Positions 8,624 to 17,404 of a DNA stretch of 64,000 nt are shown one piece after another. The stretch lies in IMG/VR virus record IMGVR_UViG_2974543039_000001, positions 34,135 through 98,134 of that record; one strand, written 5' to 3'. The translations under genes and the position numbers were made by a program. The notes beneath the pieces are model-generated. The model saw only the letters and a program-made list of their open reading frames with translations, did no database searches and had not been told where the DNA came from. This DNA comes from a virus. The stretch's first letter is position 1. The number at the start of each line of letters is the position of its first letter.

Positions 8624-10333
8624 ATGGCAGTATCATACGGTTATGACAGACAACGTCCTCGTACAGAAGTATTTTTAGACGCTAGCAACCTAGGGTCAGC
8701 AAACGTATTAAGTGAGAAGCCCCTTATTTTAATCGGCTCTGCAAACGGTGGTCAGCCGAATGTAGCGCACTCTATTACTAACTATGCACAAGCCCGGGAG
8801 CTCTTCCGTAGTGGAGACCTCTTAGACGCAATTGAGATGGCATGGAACCCTTCCCCAACCGCTCAAGGTGCAGGTAGAATCATTGCAGTCCGGACGGACC
8901 AAGCAACGCAGGCTAAGCTTAAGCAGGGGGGTTTAACCTTTACATCTAAACTCTATGGTGCAGATGCTAACGGTATCCAAGTAGAATATGGGGACAACAC
9001 ACTTACAAAATCTAAGCGCTTGAGTGTGTACTTCACAAAAGAGCGTTACGAACAAGTCTACGACAATATTGGTAATATCTTTACAGTTCAATATCAAGGT
9101 GAAGAAGCGCAAGCTACTATCGCTGTTGATGTGGACAAAGATACTCACCTAGCTACTCGTCTAGTATTGAGTGTAGGCGCAGATGAAGAGTCCCTTCAAG
9201 CTGTGCGTACATACGAGCTTGGTCAAGGGGTATATCAAGATGTTAACGTGCTAGTTAATGACATTAACAACTTGCCAGACTTTGAAGCACAGATGAACCC
9301 TCTAGGAGGCAATAAGAACATCGAGACTCAAGACCTAGACGGTCTGAAAGCTCAGGATGTTAAATCCGGTCGAGTTACATTGACAGCAGTAGGGGCAGAC
9401 TTAGTTAACCAAACAGCTAACGATTCCTACATTGAAATCACTGTAGATCGCTCAACAGACCTCCCTAATTCTTTTGTTGTAACAAACCTGACTGGGGCTA
9501 AAACTGAACCAGCACCTGCTTCATGGGCAGATATCTATAGTAAAGTAGCAGACCTCGGAGCGTACTACATTGTACCTCTTACTGCTGATGCTGCTATCCA
9601 CGGAGAGCTCTCTCAGTTCCTTCGAGATGAATCTAACAACGGGAACCACCTGAGAGGTGTAGTAGGTGGAGGATTTAATGAAACTATGGAACAGCTCAGA
9701 ACCCGCCAGCTTAACCTCCGGAATGCCCGTGTAAGTGTGGTAGGCAACTCAGGTATTCGAAGAATGTCGGATGGTCGTGTTTACAACTTCCCGGCTTATA
9801 TGTACGCTGCTTTGATTGCAGGTATTGCGAGTGGACTAGAAATCGGTGAGCCGATCACGTACAAGCACGTAAACATCGAGTCTCTTGATCGTAAGTTTAC
9901 GGGAGACCAGCTAGACCAGCTGAACAGCTCTGGAGTAGTTATGACAGAGTTTGTCCGTACTCGTTCAGGTTCCCACTTTCGTGTTGTAAGTGATCCAACA
10001 ACTTATAACGTAGCCACTGAGCCAGTACAGAATCGTATTTCTCTTGGAGAGATTTCTGACTTCTTAACAACTGACTTGCGGACTATGCTCGACGAGGACT
10101 TTATCGGCACCCGGATTAAAGCAACTTCTGCTTCTATCATTAAGAACGCAGTTGAGTCATTCCTTGATAAGCAGAAAGATGTTGGCGGTCTGATCGTAGA
10201 TTACAACCCAGACGATGTCCAAGTTGTAATTACAGGTAACACAGCTCGTATTAGTATCACAGTACAGCCAGCTCAAGGATTAGACTATATCAATGTATAC
10301 ATCACTTACGAAGACAATGAATTGGTTGCGTAA
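8624..10333 (+). CDS. Tail sheath protein
   Basis: 569 aa; FRSGDLLDAIEMAWNP and EPVQNRISLGEISDFL are typical of Twort-like sheaths. Confidence 0.93.
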   Translation: MAVSYGYDRQRPRTEVFLDASNLGSANVLSEKPLILIGSANGGQPNVAHSITNYAQARELFRSGDLLDAIEMAWNPSPTAQGAGRIIAVRTDQATQAKLKQGGLTFTSKLYGADANGIQVEYGDNTLTKSKRLSVYFTKERYEQVYDNIGNIFTVQYQGEEAQATIAVDVDKDTHLATRLVLSVGADEESLQAVRTYELGQGVYQDVNVLVNDINNLPDFEAQMNPLGGNKNIETQDLDGLKAQDVKSGRVTLTAVGADLVNQTANDSYIEITVDRSTDLPNSFVVTNLTGAKTEPAPASWADIYSKVADLGAYYIVPLTADAAIHGELSQFLRDESNNGNHLRGVVGGGFNETMEQLRTRQLNLRNARVSVVGNSGIRRMSDGRVYNFPAYMYAALIAGIASGLEIGEPITYKHVNIESLDRKFTGDQLDQLNSSGVVMTEFVRTRSGSHFRVVSDPTTYNVATEPVQNRISLGEISDFLTTDLRTMLDEDFIGTRIKATSASIIKNAVESFLDKQKDVGGLIVDYNPDDVQVVITGNTARISITVQPAQGLDYINVYITYEDNELVA

Positions 10334-10334
10334 G

Positions 10335-10344
10335 AGCTATATTA
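10335..10344 (+). promoter_or_regulatory. Late-promoter variant AGCTATATTA before tail tube gene
   Basis: One mismatch to the motif, followed by hairpin TAGGGGAG/CTCCCCTA. Confidence 0.5.
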
Positions 10345-10395
10345 AATAGGGGAGGAGAACTCCCCTACTCTACTAATGAATAGGAGTGAATTTCT

Positions 10396-10827
10396 GTGGC
10401 AAGTGTAACTAACCAGACAGTCCAGTCTGCAAATACCGTATACTTTATGATTAAGAATATCCCGATTGCTCGTGCGCAATCTATCAACGCTGAACGTAGT
10501 TTCGGTACAACTGGAGTATACCAGATCGGTTCAATCATGCCTCAAGAGCACGTCTACCTGAAGTATGAAGGTAGTGTTACTGTAGACCGTTTCCGTATGA
10601 GAAAAGAGAACTTAGCATCATTAGGGCTTGCGGCTCTAGGTGAAGAAGTCCTCAAAATGGATATTATGGATATTGTTCTCTATGACAACTATACTCAGGA
10701 GGTAGTCATTGCTTATCGTGGTTGCTCAATCGATACATACAATGAGACTACTAACGTCGGTGAGATCACAAGTGAACAAGCCCGTTTCTACTTCTTAACG
10801 TCAGCAAACGTAAAAAGTGGGAAGTAA
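10396..10827 (+). CDS. Tail tube protein
   Basis: MASVTNQTVQSANTVYFMIKN..., GVYQIGSIMPQEHVYL; follows the sheath gene. Confidence 0.92.
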   Translation: MASVTNQTVQSANTVYFMIKNIPIARAQSINAERSFGTTGVYQIGSIMPQEHVYLKYEGSVTVDRFRMRKENLASLGLAALGEEVLKMDIMDIVLYDNYTQEVVIAYRGCSIDTYNETTNVGEITSEQARFYFLTSANVKSGK

Positions 10828-10830
10828 TTA

Positions 10831-10852
10831 GGAGACCTATGGTCTCCTTTTT
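10831..10852 (+). terminator. Intrinsic terminator after tail tube gene
   Basis: GGAGACC-tat-GGTCTCC plus T5. Confidence 0.85.
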
Positions 10853-10865
10853 ATTTACAATGCAC

Positions 10866-10882
10866 ATTACAGTTGAGTTACA
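10866..10882 (-). promoter_or_regulatory. WalR-type box TGTAAC-N5-TGTAAT (minus strand)
   Basis: Plus strand ATTACA-gttga-GTTACA is an exact match to the TGTWAH-N5-TGTWAH WalR consensus, upstream of a yocH-like gene. Confidence 0.5.
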
Positions 10883-10969
10883 ATCCTGTAACATTAAGCT
10901 TTTAACGAATTTAATGTGTTACATTATAGAAGTGATATAGACACAGACAATTCAGAGAGGGGTTTTTTA

Positions 10970-11560
10970 ATGACTTTAAAGAAAGTCCTTATGGTTGGTG
11001 CCTTAACACTTGGAATTGCACTTGCCGGACAAACAGCTGCATCAGCTACCAGCGGATACAGTGTGGTAGACTATTTAGCAGCTCAAGGTAAAGACTCAAG
11101 CTTTAGTTATCGTGGAGAGCTTGCTGCGAACTACGGTATTACAGGATATAGAGGAACAGCAGATCAGAATATCCAGTTACTTGATAAGTTAAAAGGTGGT
11201 TCTGGATATAAAGCTCCTGCAGCAGCTCCGAAGAAGGAAGTAAAGACTGAGTCGGCTGCGCAGCCTAGTTCTCAGTCACTTACAGTCGTAGCAACAGCGT
11301 ATACTGCTAACTGTGCCGGGTGCTCCGGGATTACTGCAACAGGGATTAACCTGAAGGCTAATCCAAATCAAAAAGTAATTGCGGTAGACCCTAATGTTAT
11401 TCCTCTAGGCTCCCGGGTTTATGTCGAGGGCTATGGTGAAGCTGTTGCAGCGGACACAGGCGGAGCTATCAAAGGTAACCGTATTGACTTGTTCATACCT
11501 AGCCAAAGCCAAGCGGTGGACTATGGCAAAAGAACTGTAAAAGTAAACATTCTTAACTAA
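10970..11560 (+). CDS. Secreted YocH-like 3D-domain cell wall enzyme with N-terminal DUF3597-like module
   Basis: Signal peptide MTLKKVLMVGALTLGIALAGQTAASA; SVVDYL...YGITGYRGTADQN module; 3D domain VATAYT...IAVDPNVIPLGS...ADTGGAIKGNRIDL. Confidence 0.88.
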   Translation: MTLKKVLMVGALTLGIALAGQTAASATSGYSVVDYLAAQGKDSSFSYRGELAANYGITGYRGTADQNIQLLDKLKGGSGYKAPAAAPKKEVKTESAAQPSSQSLTVVATAYTANCAGCSGITATGINLKANPNQKVIAVDPNVIPLGSRVYVEGYGEAVAADTGGAIKGNRIDLFIPSQSQAVDYGKRTVKVNILN

Positions 11561-11590
11561 CAGGTGCCTCATGCACCTGTTTTTTCTTTT
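11561..11590 (+). terminator. Intrinsic terminator
   Basis: CAGGTGC/GCACCTG plus long T-run. Confidence 0.85.
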
Positions 11591-11612
11591 TAAAAAATTA
11601 ATAGATTTTATG

Positions 11613-11641
11613 TTGACAATGGATCAACTCCCTTATATAAT
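11613..11641 (+). promoter_or_regulatory. Consensus sigma-A promoter for rok-like gene
   Basis: TTGACA-17-TATAAT with AT-rich upstream element. Confidence 0.85.
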
Positions 11642-11684
11642 AAAGTTACAATCAACAAACACACTATATTAGGGGGAGTAAGAA

Positions 11685-12263
11685 TTGAATAACACGTTTA
11701 CAGAAAGAGAAGCTATTGAAATGAAGTTGAAGTACATATTGGAGGAGAGAACAAGACTGTCCGACCAATTCAATTTCTACCTAGACCGTTTAAGAGAGTT
11801 AGACAGCATGGATAGTTCAAAACTATCAAAAACTGAGGCTACGGTCGAAGTTGCAAAACATGGCGAAACTATGAGTTTGGACGAAGCAATTAAGAAACAT
11901 AACGAAGCAGCTGAGAAGTACGATGAATCTCCGAAGGTCCAAGCAGACCATAAAGATGAAGAACATAAGAAGGAATCTCCTAAGAACGAGAAGAAGACGA
12001 AACGTAAGAAAGAAAGTGGAAGAGGGAAAGGAAGCCGGAATAACCCATATCGGGATATCAAGAAGATCAGTTACCAAGTAGCCTCTATTCTTAAAGAGGC
12101 AGGTAAACCAGTAAAACTAGCTGATCTTATGAAGGAGCTGCAGAGCAGAGGAGTTAGTACTCACTCACCTCATATGCTTATGATCCATATTCAGAAGTAC
12201 CAACCAAAAGTTCAAAAGGCAGCATTCGGTTATTACCAGTATAACCATAGTGTTGCAGTTTAA
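11685..12263 (+). CDS. rok: Rok-like nucleoid-associated repressor (N-terminal oligomerisation helix plus C-terminal winged helix)
   Basis: 192 aa; FTEREAIEMKL...RLRELD..SS and ILK...VK..DL.KE...P.V.K...G.Y match recalled B. subtilis Rok (FNEREALRLRL...KLRELDRNGSS; PEVKKPYRGQY). Not verified by search. Confidence 0.72.
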   Translation: MNNTFTEREAIEMKLKYILEERTRLSDQFNFYLDRLRELDSMDSSKLSKTEATVEVAKHGETMSLDEAIKKHNEAAEKYDESPKVQADHKDEEHKKESPKNEKKTKRKKESGRGKGSRNNPYRDIKKISYQVASILKEAGKPVKLADLMKELQSRGVSTHSPHMLMIHIQKYQPKVQKAAFGYYQYNHSVAV

Positions 12264-12273
12264 TAATAGGTTT

Positions 12274-12309
12274 AAGGCTGTCACTCGAACATATAGTGGC
12301 AGCCTTTTT
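12274..12309 (+). terminator. Intrinsic terminator closing the yocH-like/rok-like cassette
   Basis: AAGGCTGTCACT/AGTGGCAGCCTT plus T-run. Confidence 0.85.
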
Positions 12310-12312
12310 ATA

Positions 12313-12351
12313 TGTTATACTATAGTTACATAACAAAGCACTGCTATATTA
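12313..12351 (+). promoter_or_regulatory. Tandem extended -10 (TGTTATACT) and late motif (TGCTATATTA) before tail chaperone
   Basis: Both motifs read directly, 29 nt apart. Confidence 0.6.
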
Positions 12352-12383
12352 TTAGTAGAGACTGTTTAACAGGAGGATGAGAA

Positions 12384-12785
12384 ATGGACGAAAATCTAGG
12401 AAAAAACCAAACGCCAGAAGAGAGGGAACTGGCGGAGAGAGCAGAACAAAAAAAGGTCATCGATCGGATTATCCGGGGAGTAAACGATACCTTTGAAAAA
12501 AAGTATGACTTCCCTGAGCTCGATCTGTCCTTTAGGATTAAGCTGAGAGCCCCTAATGCTGTAGAAGTAGGTAAGATTCAGGCTAGGCTAGCAGCTTATT
12601 TAGACGGTATGAACAACTATGCTAGTGGTTATATCATTCGAGTGTTCACTGCACTAGCGTGTATCCGAGTGGTTGGTGTAGAAGTTCCTGAAATACTAGA
12701 GGATGATGAAAAGATTTATAATCTTGATATCCTCTATAAGATTGGGGAGGATTTCCAGCGTTGGCTGGACAACTTTCGAATCTGA
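12384..12785 (+). CDS. Tail assembly chaperone (short form)
   Basis: Upstream of the tape measure gene; RBS AGGAGG; ends ...AAC TTT CGA ATC TGA. Confidence 0.8.
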   Translation: MDENLGKNQTPEERELAERAEQKKVIDRIIRGVNDTFEKKYDFPELDLSFRIKLRAPNAVEVGKIQARLAAYLDGMNNYASGYIIRVFTALACIRVVGVEVPEILEDDEKIYNLDILYKIGEDFQRWLDNFRI

Positions 12786-13434
12786 TTTAAAAAAACTTGG
12801 AGGGATGAAAAGGTTAGCTAAGACACCTTATATGCGAAACCTTTGGTTGCTCATGAAGACGTTTAACACACTACCTACAAACAAGGACTTTTTAGCTCTG
12901 TCTGACGACCAGATAAATATGATGATTTACTCCCTACAAGAAGATGGTAGAGAGATGGAGCTTGCCAGAAAAGGTATTAGTGTAGATGCTGAGTATTACG
13001 ACGCAGACTTTGATGAGGAAGTATGGAATAAGCCTGTCGGTGAGTGGGAAGTACTCCGTGAGGGTCATGATGCTGATGAAATTGCAAGACAGGTGGCTGA
13101 ACTTACTCGTGATGAGGACCTTCGAAACCTTGCATCTAGGTTCGATGGTGTAGATGAGTATAATAAATTCGTCGAAGAGAGCGGAAAGACAGCCAGACAG
13201 TCTGAGGTTGAACAGTACATAGATAGGCAATTTGCCGAAGCGTTGGAGAAAGCAAATAAAATCTCCGCAGCTGGTAAAGGAGCCATGGTAGATGACCAAG
13301 ACCTCGTAGGAGCGTCTAGTAACCCTGCTCTAAGTGAAAGTTCAGTAGATTTAGACAAAGATGCTATTGATCGGTCTATTGCCATGTTTAACTCCATGGA
13401 TGATGACGATGATGACGACTTTGCACACCTATAA
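12775..13434 (+). CDS. Tail assembly chaperone C-terminal extension (+1 frame, likely reached by frameshift)
   Basis: The +1 frame is open across the stop of the upstream ORF; ATG 12805 has only 1 nt spacing to GGAGG. Confidence 0.7.
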   Translation, partial: FESDLKKLGGMKRLAKTPYMRNLWLLMKTFNTLPTNKDFLALSDDQINMMIYSLQEDGREMELARKGISVDAEYYDADFDEEVWNKPVGEWEVLREGHDADEIARQVAELTRDEDLRNLASRFDGVDEYNKFVEESGKTARQSEVEQYIDRQFAEALEKANKISAAGKGAMVDDQDLVGASSNPALSESSVDLDKDAIDRSIAMFNSMDDDDDDDFAHL

Positions 13435-13463
13435 AGAGGTAGAGGAATTTTAACCTCTACCTC
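13434..13463 (+). other. Stem-loop between chaperone and tape measure genes
   Basis: AGAGGTAGAGG/CCTCTACCTCT 11-bp stem; weak U tract. Confidence 0.6.
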
Positions 13464-13495
13464 TATTTTAATTCCGAAGGGAGAGTGATGAGAGC

Positions 13496-16400
13496 ATGGC
13501 AAATATAGAGCAGTATATTTTTAACGTAGATGCGGATACCAGTAAAGCGGTCAGTAAGCTACAGCAGATTAATAAGTTAATGAACCAGATCGACAGTATT
13601 CGAGGAAAAGGTATTAATGAGTACTTTACTACAACTCAGAAAGACATGGATAAGAGCATGAGGTCCATGTCCCAGTTGTCGAAACTATACCGTTCTCTCG
13701 ATCAGGACCTAGCAGAAATTCAGCGTAGAATGAGAGACATGTCTGACCGAACAGCTATCCCGGCAGGTGCGACAAAAGAACAGCAACGACAGATTGAGCA
13801 GCTAAAAAGTAAGATGGAAGAGCAGGCACAGTCTGCAATTCACCAGCAGCGAGCTCTACAGTCTGAATACAATAAGACACTTGCGAAGTTCCGGGAGCTG
13901 TCTTCATTTCAACAAAACTCCTCAAAGAACTTTAAACACATCTTCAGCTCTAACGATATGTTCAACCTCCCTTCCGGAGCAGGAAACTTTAATAGAGCAA
14001 GATCAATCATGGCAGCAATGGCAAGTGAAACAGACGGTGCGTCCAGTAAGCTTAACGATGTCATATCTAAGATTCAAGAAGTAAACAAGCTGGATAGACG
14101 ATCTGAAAGTCTGACCCGTAGAGCCAGTGCGTCTAACTATATGTCTTATCAGCAAGCAACTAGTTTCCGAAAAGACTATAAAACTGTAAACCAAGACTAC
14201 CATGCAGATAAGCGGGCAAATATTGACGCAATGACTTTATTAGGTCAAGAGCGGACAGAGTTAACAAGAAAAATTAAAGAAATTCAAACAAACCCTAACG
14301 CATCACAAAAGGATATCGATAGAAAGGTAGCGATGCAAGGTACGGTTGAGTCCATTGATAAAGAGCGAGAGGCTCGCATGGAGCTTAACCGGGTATTAGA
14401 ACGAACAATTAACAACATGAATAACTATAACGAAAGAGTAACTCGCAACGGTGGAGTAGAAGTTAAACCGGAACGAGGAACTTTTCGGGGCATGGTCTAC
14501 GAGCGATCTCCAGCGATTGGTTTAGCTCTCGGAGCTGCTGCAGGCGGTGTATTCGGGGGGCTGTATGCTAAGGGTGCCCAGCTTAATAAAGGTATTCGTG
14601 ATGATGTAATCGGAATCGGGCAGCGTACTGGGCAGGATAACTGGACAGAGACGATCCGTGATAACGCATTAGAATCGGGATTAAAGGATCGACTTGGTTT
14701 TGGTGGGCAAGACATGCTCTCCTTCCAGAATAACTATCTGGCTAACTCTGGCTACAAAGGTATGGACGATCTCAATACTGCGATGAACAGCCAAGCTGTA
14801 TTTAGCCGATCCACTGGCTTAGATGCTAATACAACTAGAGACTTCTTCAATTCCACATTCAAAACCGGAGCAGTCAACGGGAATCAAGTAAAGGATATTC
14901 AAAATGCCTTTATTGGTGGTATCAAGCAGAGTGGAATGGAAGGTCGTGAAAAGGAGCAGCTTAAGGCACTACAAGGTTTATTAGATGGGGTATCCCGAGG
15001 TCGTTCTTTGAAAAACGGCGATGTTATGAATGTCATGGGCTTACAGTCTGTACTTTCTCAATCTGGACTCCGTTCTTTATCCGGGGAGCAAGGTGGTCAG
15101 CTACTATCTGACTTGAACGCAGGTATTCGGCAGGGGTATAACAACCCTATGGTCCGTTTAGCTTTTGGTCAGGGTACCAAGTATCAAGGGTTAGAAGGTC
15201 GTTTCGCCCTACGTCAGCAGATGGATAAGGGGATAAGTGATGCCGATAACGTCCGCAATATAGGGCGTATCGCATCTAGTTACTCCAACTCTGAAGCCGG
15301 ACAGAACGAGGCGTTTGCTTCTTTTGTTCAAGAGGGGCTAGGTACAGACATTACAGCTGAACAAGCTAAGGGTTTGATGGACCTTTACCGTAATGGGAAG
15401 CTAACGGATGAGAATATTAACAGCGTACTCAATACCGATAAATCTACGGGCAGTAAAGTGTCTAAGGATAACCTTGAGAAGTATCAGAACTCCAAAGAAG
15501 CTCTATCAAACCAGAGTGAAGCCACAACAGATAAGCAAGCAACAGAGTTGTATGACTATGGTAAGGTGTTACGGCAGGCTAATGAAGCACTAGGGGCGTT
15601 TAACCCTCTTGTTTATGCTGCAGTTACCGCCCTAGGCGCTTTAGCTGCTGCAGCTACTGCTTCTGCTGCATCGTTTGGTGTAGGTGCTCTTCTACGTAGA
15701 GGTGCTGCGAGGACACTAGGAGCAGGGGGAACCATAGCTGGAGGTCTCACTGGCAGACTCCGAGGTGGGGGAGGTAGCGGCGGTGCCGGAGGGGGCGGAG
15801 TAGGTTTATTCGGAACCCTTCGTAACTCCGTAGGTCGATATACTGATCCGTATGCTCGCTCTGGAGGTTTACCTAATACTGGACCAGCTAGTGGTTCCGG
15901 AGCTGGGGCTGGACTGTTTGGTCGGGTTAAGGAAGGTGCCGGAAACCTCTGGAGTAAGGTTACTGGAGGAGCAGGAGCAGCCGCTACGGGAGCAGGTACA
16001 GTAGCCGCCGGAACCGAAGCAGCGACAGGAGCTGCCGCAGGTGCTGCCGCAGGTGCTGCTAGTGGAGGTAGTAAAGTCCTACAAGGTCTTGGTAAAGTGG
16101 GAGGAATCTTGGGTAAAGTTGCCCTACCTCTCGGTATTATCACAGGTGTAGGACAGATCGCCGCAGCCCCAGAAGATCAAAAAGGGGAAGCGACAGGCTC
16201 TGCTGCGGGAGGCATCGGCGGTGGTCTAGCAGGGGCAGCCCTAGGAGCCTCAATCGGATCAATTGTTCCGGGCATAGGTACAGCAATCGGAGGAGTTGTT
16301 GGAGGGATCGCTGGTTCCTTCGGAGGCGGAAGTCTTGGTGGCTGGTTTGGAAGTCTATTTGACCCCGACAAAAAGACAGATGCTCCTACTTCTGAGGAGA

Positions 16401-17320
16401 GTAAAGCTGCTGCTTCATCCCCTCGGGCAAATGAAGTAGACCAGCAGGTAGACAGGGAGAACACTAACACCAAGGACCGAGCAGAAAATAAACGCTCTGA
16501 CAACCTAACTCTTGAGCGAGCCAATCTTAATAAGTACGATGATGTGCTTAACCGTGCGTCTCAAATCCTAAACCAAGCCCGGATGCAAAACGGTATTTTC
16601 GGTAGTGCAAACGGTAGTAGCGGAGGATCAGGCGGAGACGGAAGTGCAATTGGGGGAGCCGGGGGGTCACTGAAGATGCTTTCTAATGGGCAGAAGTGGG
16701 CTAACCCGTCTGATCTGAAGAACTCTGACTTAGGGTACACAGATGCTAAGCTAACGGCTGACGATCTCAATTCATGGATTGACTCCAAAGCACCAAAAAA
16801 CTCCATGATGAGAGGCATGGGTGAAGCCTTCTTCAAAGCAGGACAGGAGTCCGGTCTTGACCCTCGCTACTTGATTGCTCATGCAGCACAAGAGACAGGA
16901 TGGGGAACATCTAATATCCTGAAGGACAAAAACAACTGGTTTGGTATTGGAGCGTTTGACAATTCTCCGCACTCCTCCGCCAAGACTTTTAAAGGCAGGG
17001 AGCAGGGTATTGTAGATGGAGCTAAATGGATCGCTCAGAACTACTACGGTAAAGGTAATACAACCTTGTCTAAGATGAAGCAGGCAGGGTATGCTACTGA
17101 CCCGCAGTGGGCTAATAATATTAGTGCCATCATGAAAAACGCCCCTTCAGGTACTGGTACTGTCAAGGTTGATTCCACAATCAACGTAAAAGTATCAGGA
17201 GATGAGAAAGTGTCATCCAAAGTAGAGAACTCAAAAGACTTAGAGAAAGTCGCCAATACAATCCAGAGTAAGATTTATGGGTCTATGGCTTATTATGCAC
17301 AGGAAACGAAGAGGGTATAA
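13496..17320 (+). CDS. Tape measure protein with C-terminal GH73-like glucosaminidase
   Basis: 1274 aa helical protein with Gly/Ala-rich hydrophobic segments; C-terminal AHAAQETGWG...NNWFGIGAFD...YATDPQWA. Confidence 0.9.
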   Translation: MANIEQYIFNVDADTSKAVSKLQQINKLMNQIDSIRGKGINEYFTTTQKDMDKSMRSMSQLSKLYRSLDQDLAEIQRRMRDMSDRTAIPAGATKEQQRQIEQLKSKMEEQAQSAIHQQRALQSEYNKTLAKFRELSSFQQNSSKNFKHIFSSNDMFNLPSGAGNFNRARSIMAAMASETDGASSKLNDVISKIQEVNKLDRRSESLTRRASASNYMSYQQATSFRKDYKTVNQDYHADKRANIDAMTLLGQERTELTRKIKEIQTNPNASQKDIDRKVAMQGTVESIDKEREARMELNRVLERTINNMNNYNERVTRNGGVEVKPERGTFRGMVYERSPAIGLALGAAAGGVFGGLYAKGAQLNKGIRDDVIGIGQRTGQDNWTETIRDNALESGLKDRLGFGGQDMLSFQNNYLANSGYKGMDDLNTAMNSQAVFSRSTGLDANTTRDFFNSTFKTGAVNGNQVKDIQNAFIGGIKQSGMEGREKEQLKALQGLLDGVSRGRSLKNGDVMNVMGLQSVLSQSGLRSLSGEQGGQLLSDLNAGIRQGYNNPMVRLAFGQGTKYQGLEGRFALRQQMDKGISDADNVRNIGRIASSYSNSEAGQNEAFASFVQEGLGTDITAEQAKGLMDLYRNGKLTDENINSVLNTDKSTGSKVSKDNLEKYQNSKEALSNQSEATTDKQATELYDYGKVLRQANEALGAFNPLVYAAVTALGALAAAATASAASFGVGALLRRGAARTLGAGGTIAGGLTGRLRGGGGSGGAGGGGVGLFGTLRNSVGRYTDPYARSGGLPNTGPASGSGAGAGLFGRVKEGAGNLWSKVTGGAGAAATGAGTVAAGTEAATGAAAGAAAGAASGGSKVLQGLGKVGGILGKVALPLGIITGVGQIAAAPEDQKGEATGSAAGGIGGGLAGAALGASIGSIVPGIGTAIGGVVGGIAGSFGGGSLGGWFGSLFDPDKKTDAPTSEESKAAASSPRANEVDQQVDRENTNTKDRAENKRSDNLTLERANLNKYDDVLNRASQILNQARMQNGIFGSANGSSGGSGGDGSAIGGAGGSLKMLSNGQKWANPSDLKNSDLGYTDAKLTADDLNSWIDSKAPKNSMMRGMGEAFFKAGQESGLDPRYLIAHAAQETGWGTSNILKDKNNWFGIGAFDNSPHSSAKTFKGREQGIVDGAKWIAQNYYGKGNTTLSKMKQAGYATDPQWANNISAIMKNAPSGTGTVKVDSTINVKVSGDEKVSSKVENSKDLEKVANTIQSKIYGSMAYYAQETKRV

Positions 17321-17334
17321 CCTCTTCGTTTTTC
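17304..17334 (+). terminator. Terminator after tape measure gene, followed by extended -10 TGTTATAAT (about 17343)
   Basis: AAACGAAGAGG/CCTCTTCGTTT stem plus T-run. Confidence 0.8.
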
Positions 17335-17404
17335 TTATTTAGTGTTATAATAATATATGAGAGGGTTTATAGACCTCCGTTTAAAGAAAGCGAGGCGATG
17401 ACCT

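Noticed and set aside
12703-12805. Independent start for the second chaperone ORF
   Set aside because: ATG 12703 lies inside the upstream gene without an RBS and ATG 12805 has 1-nt spacing; a frameshift fits better.
16031-16062. 12-bp tandem repeat GCTGCCGCAGGT
   Set aside because: Encodes an AAAG low-complexity linker in the tape measure protein; no independent function evident.
15613-16524. Pro-rich minus-strand ORFs opposite the tape measure gene
   Set aside because: Antisense shadows of the Gly/Ala-rich coding strand; no RBS or promoter seen.
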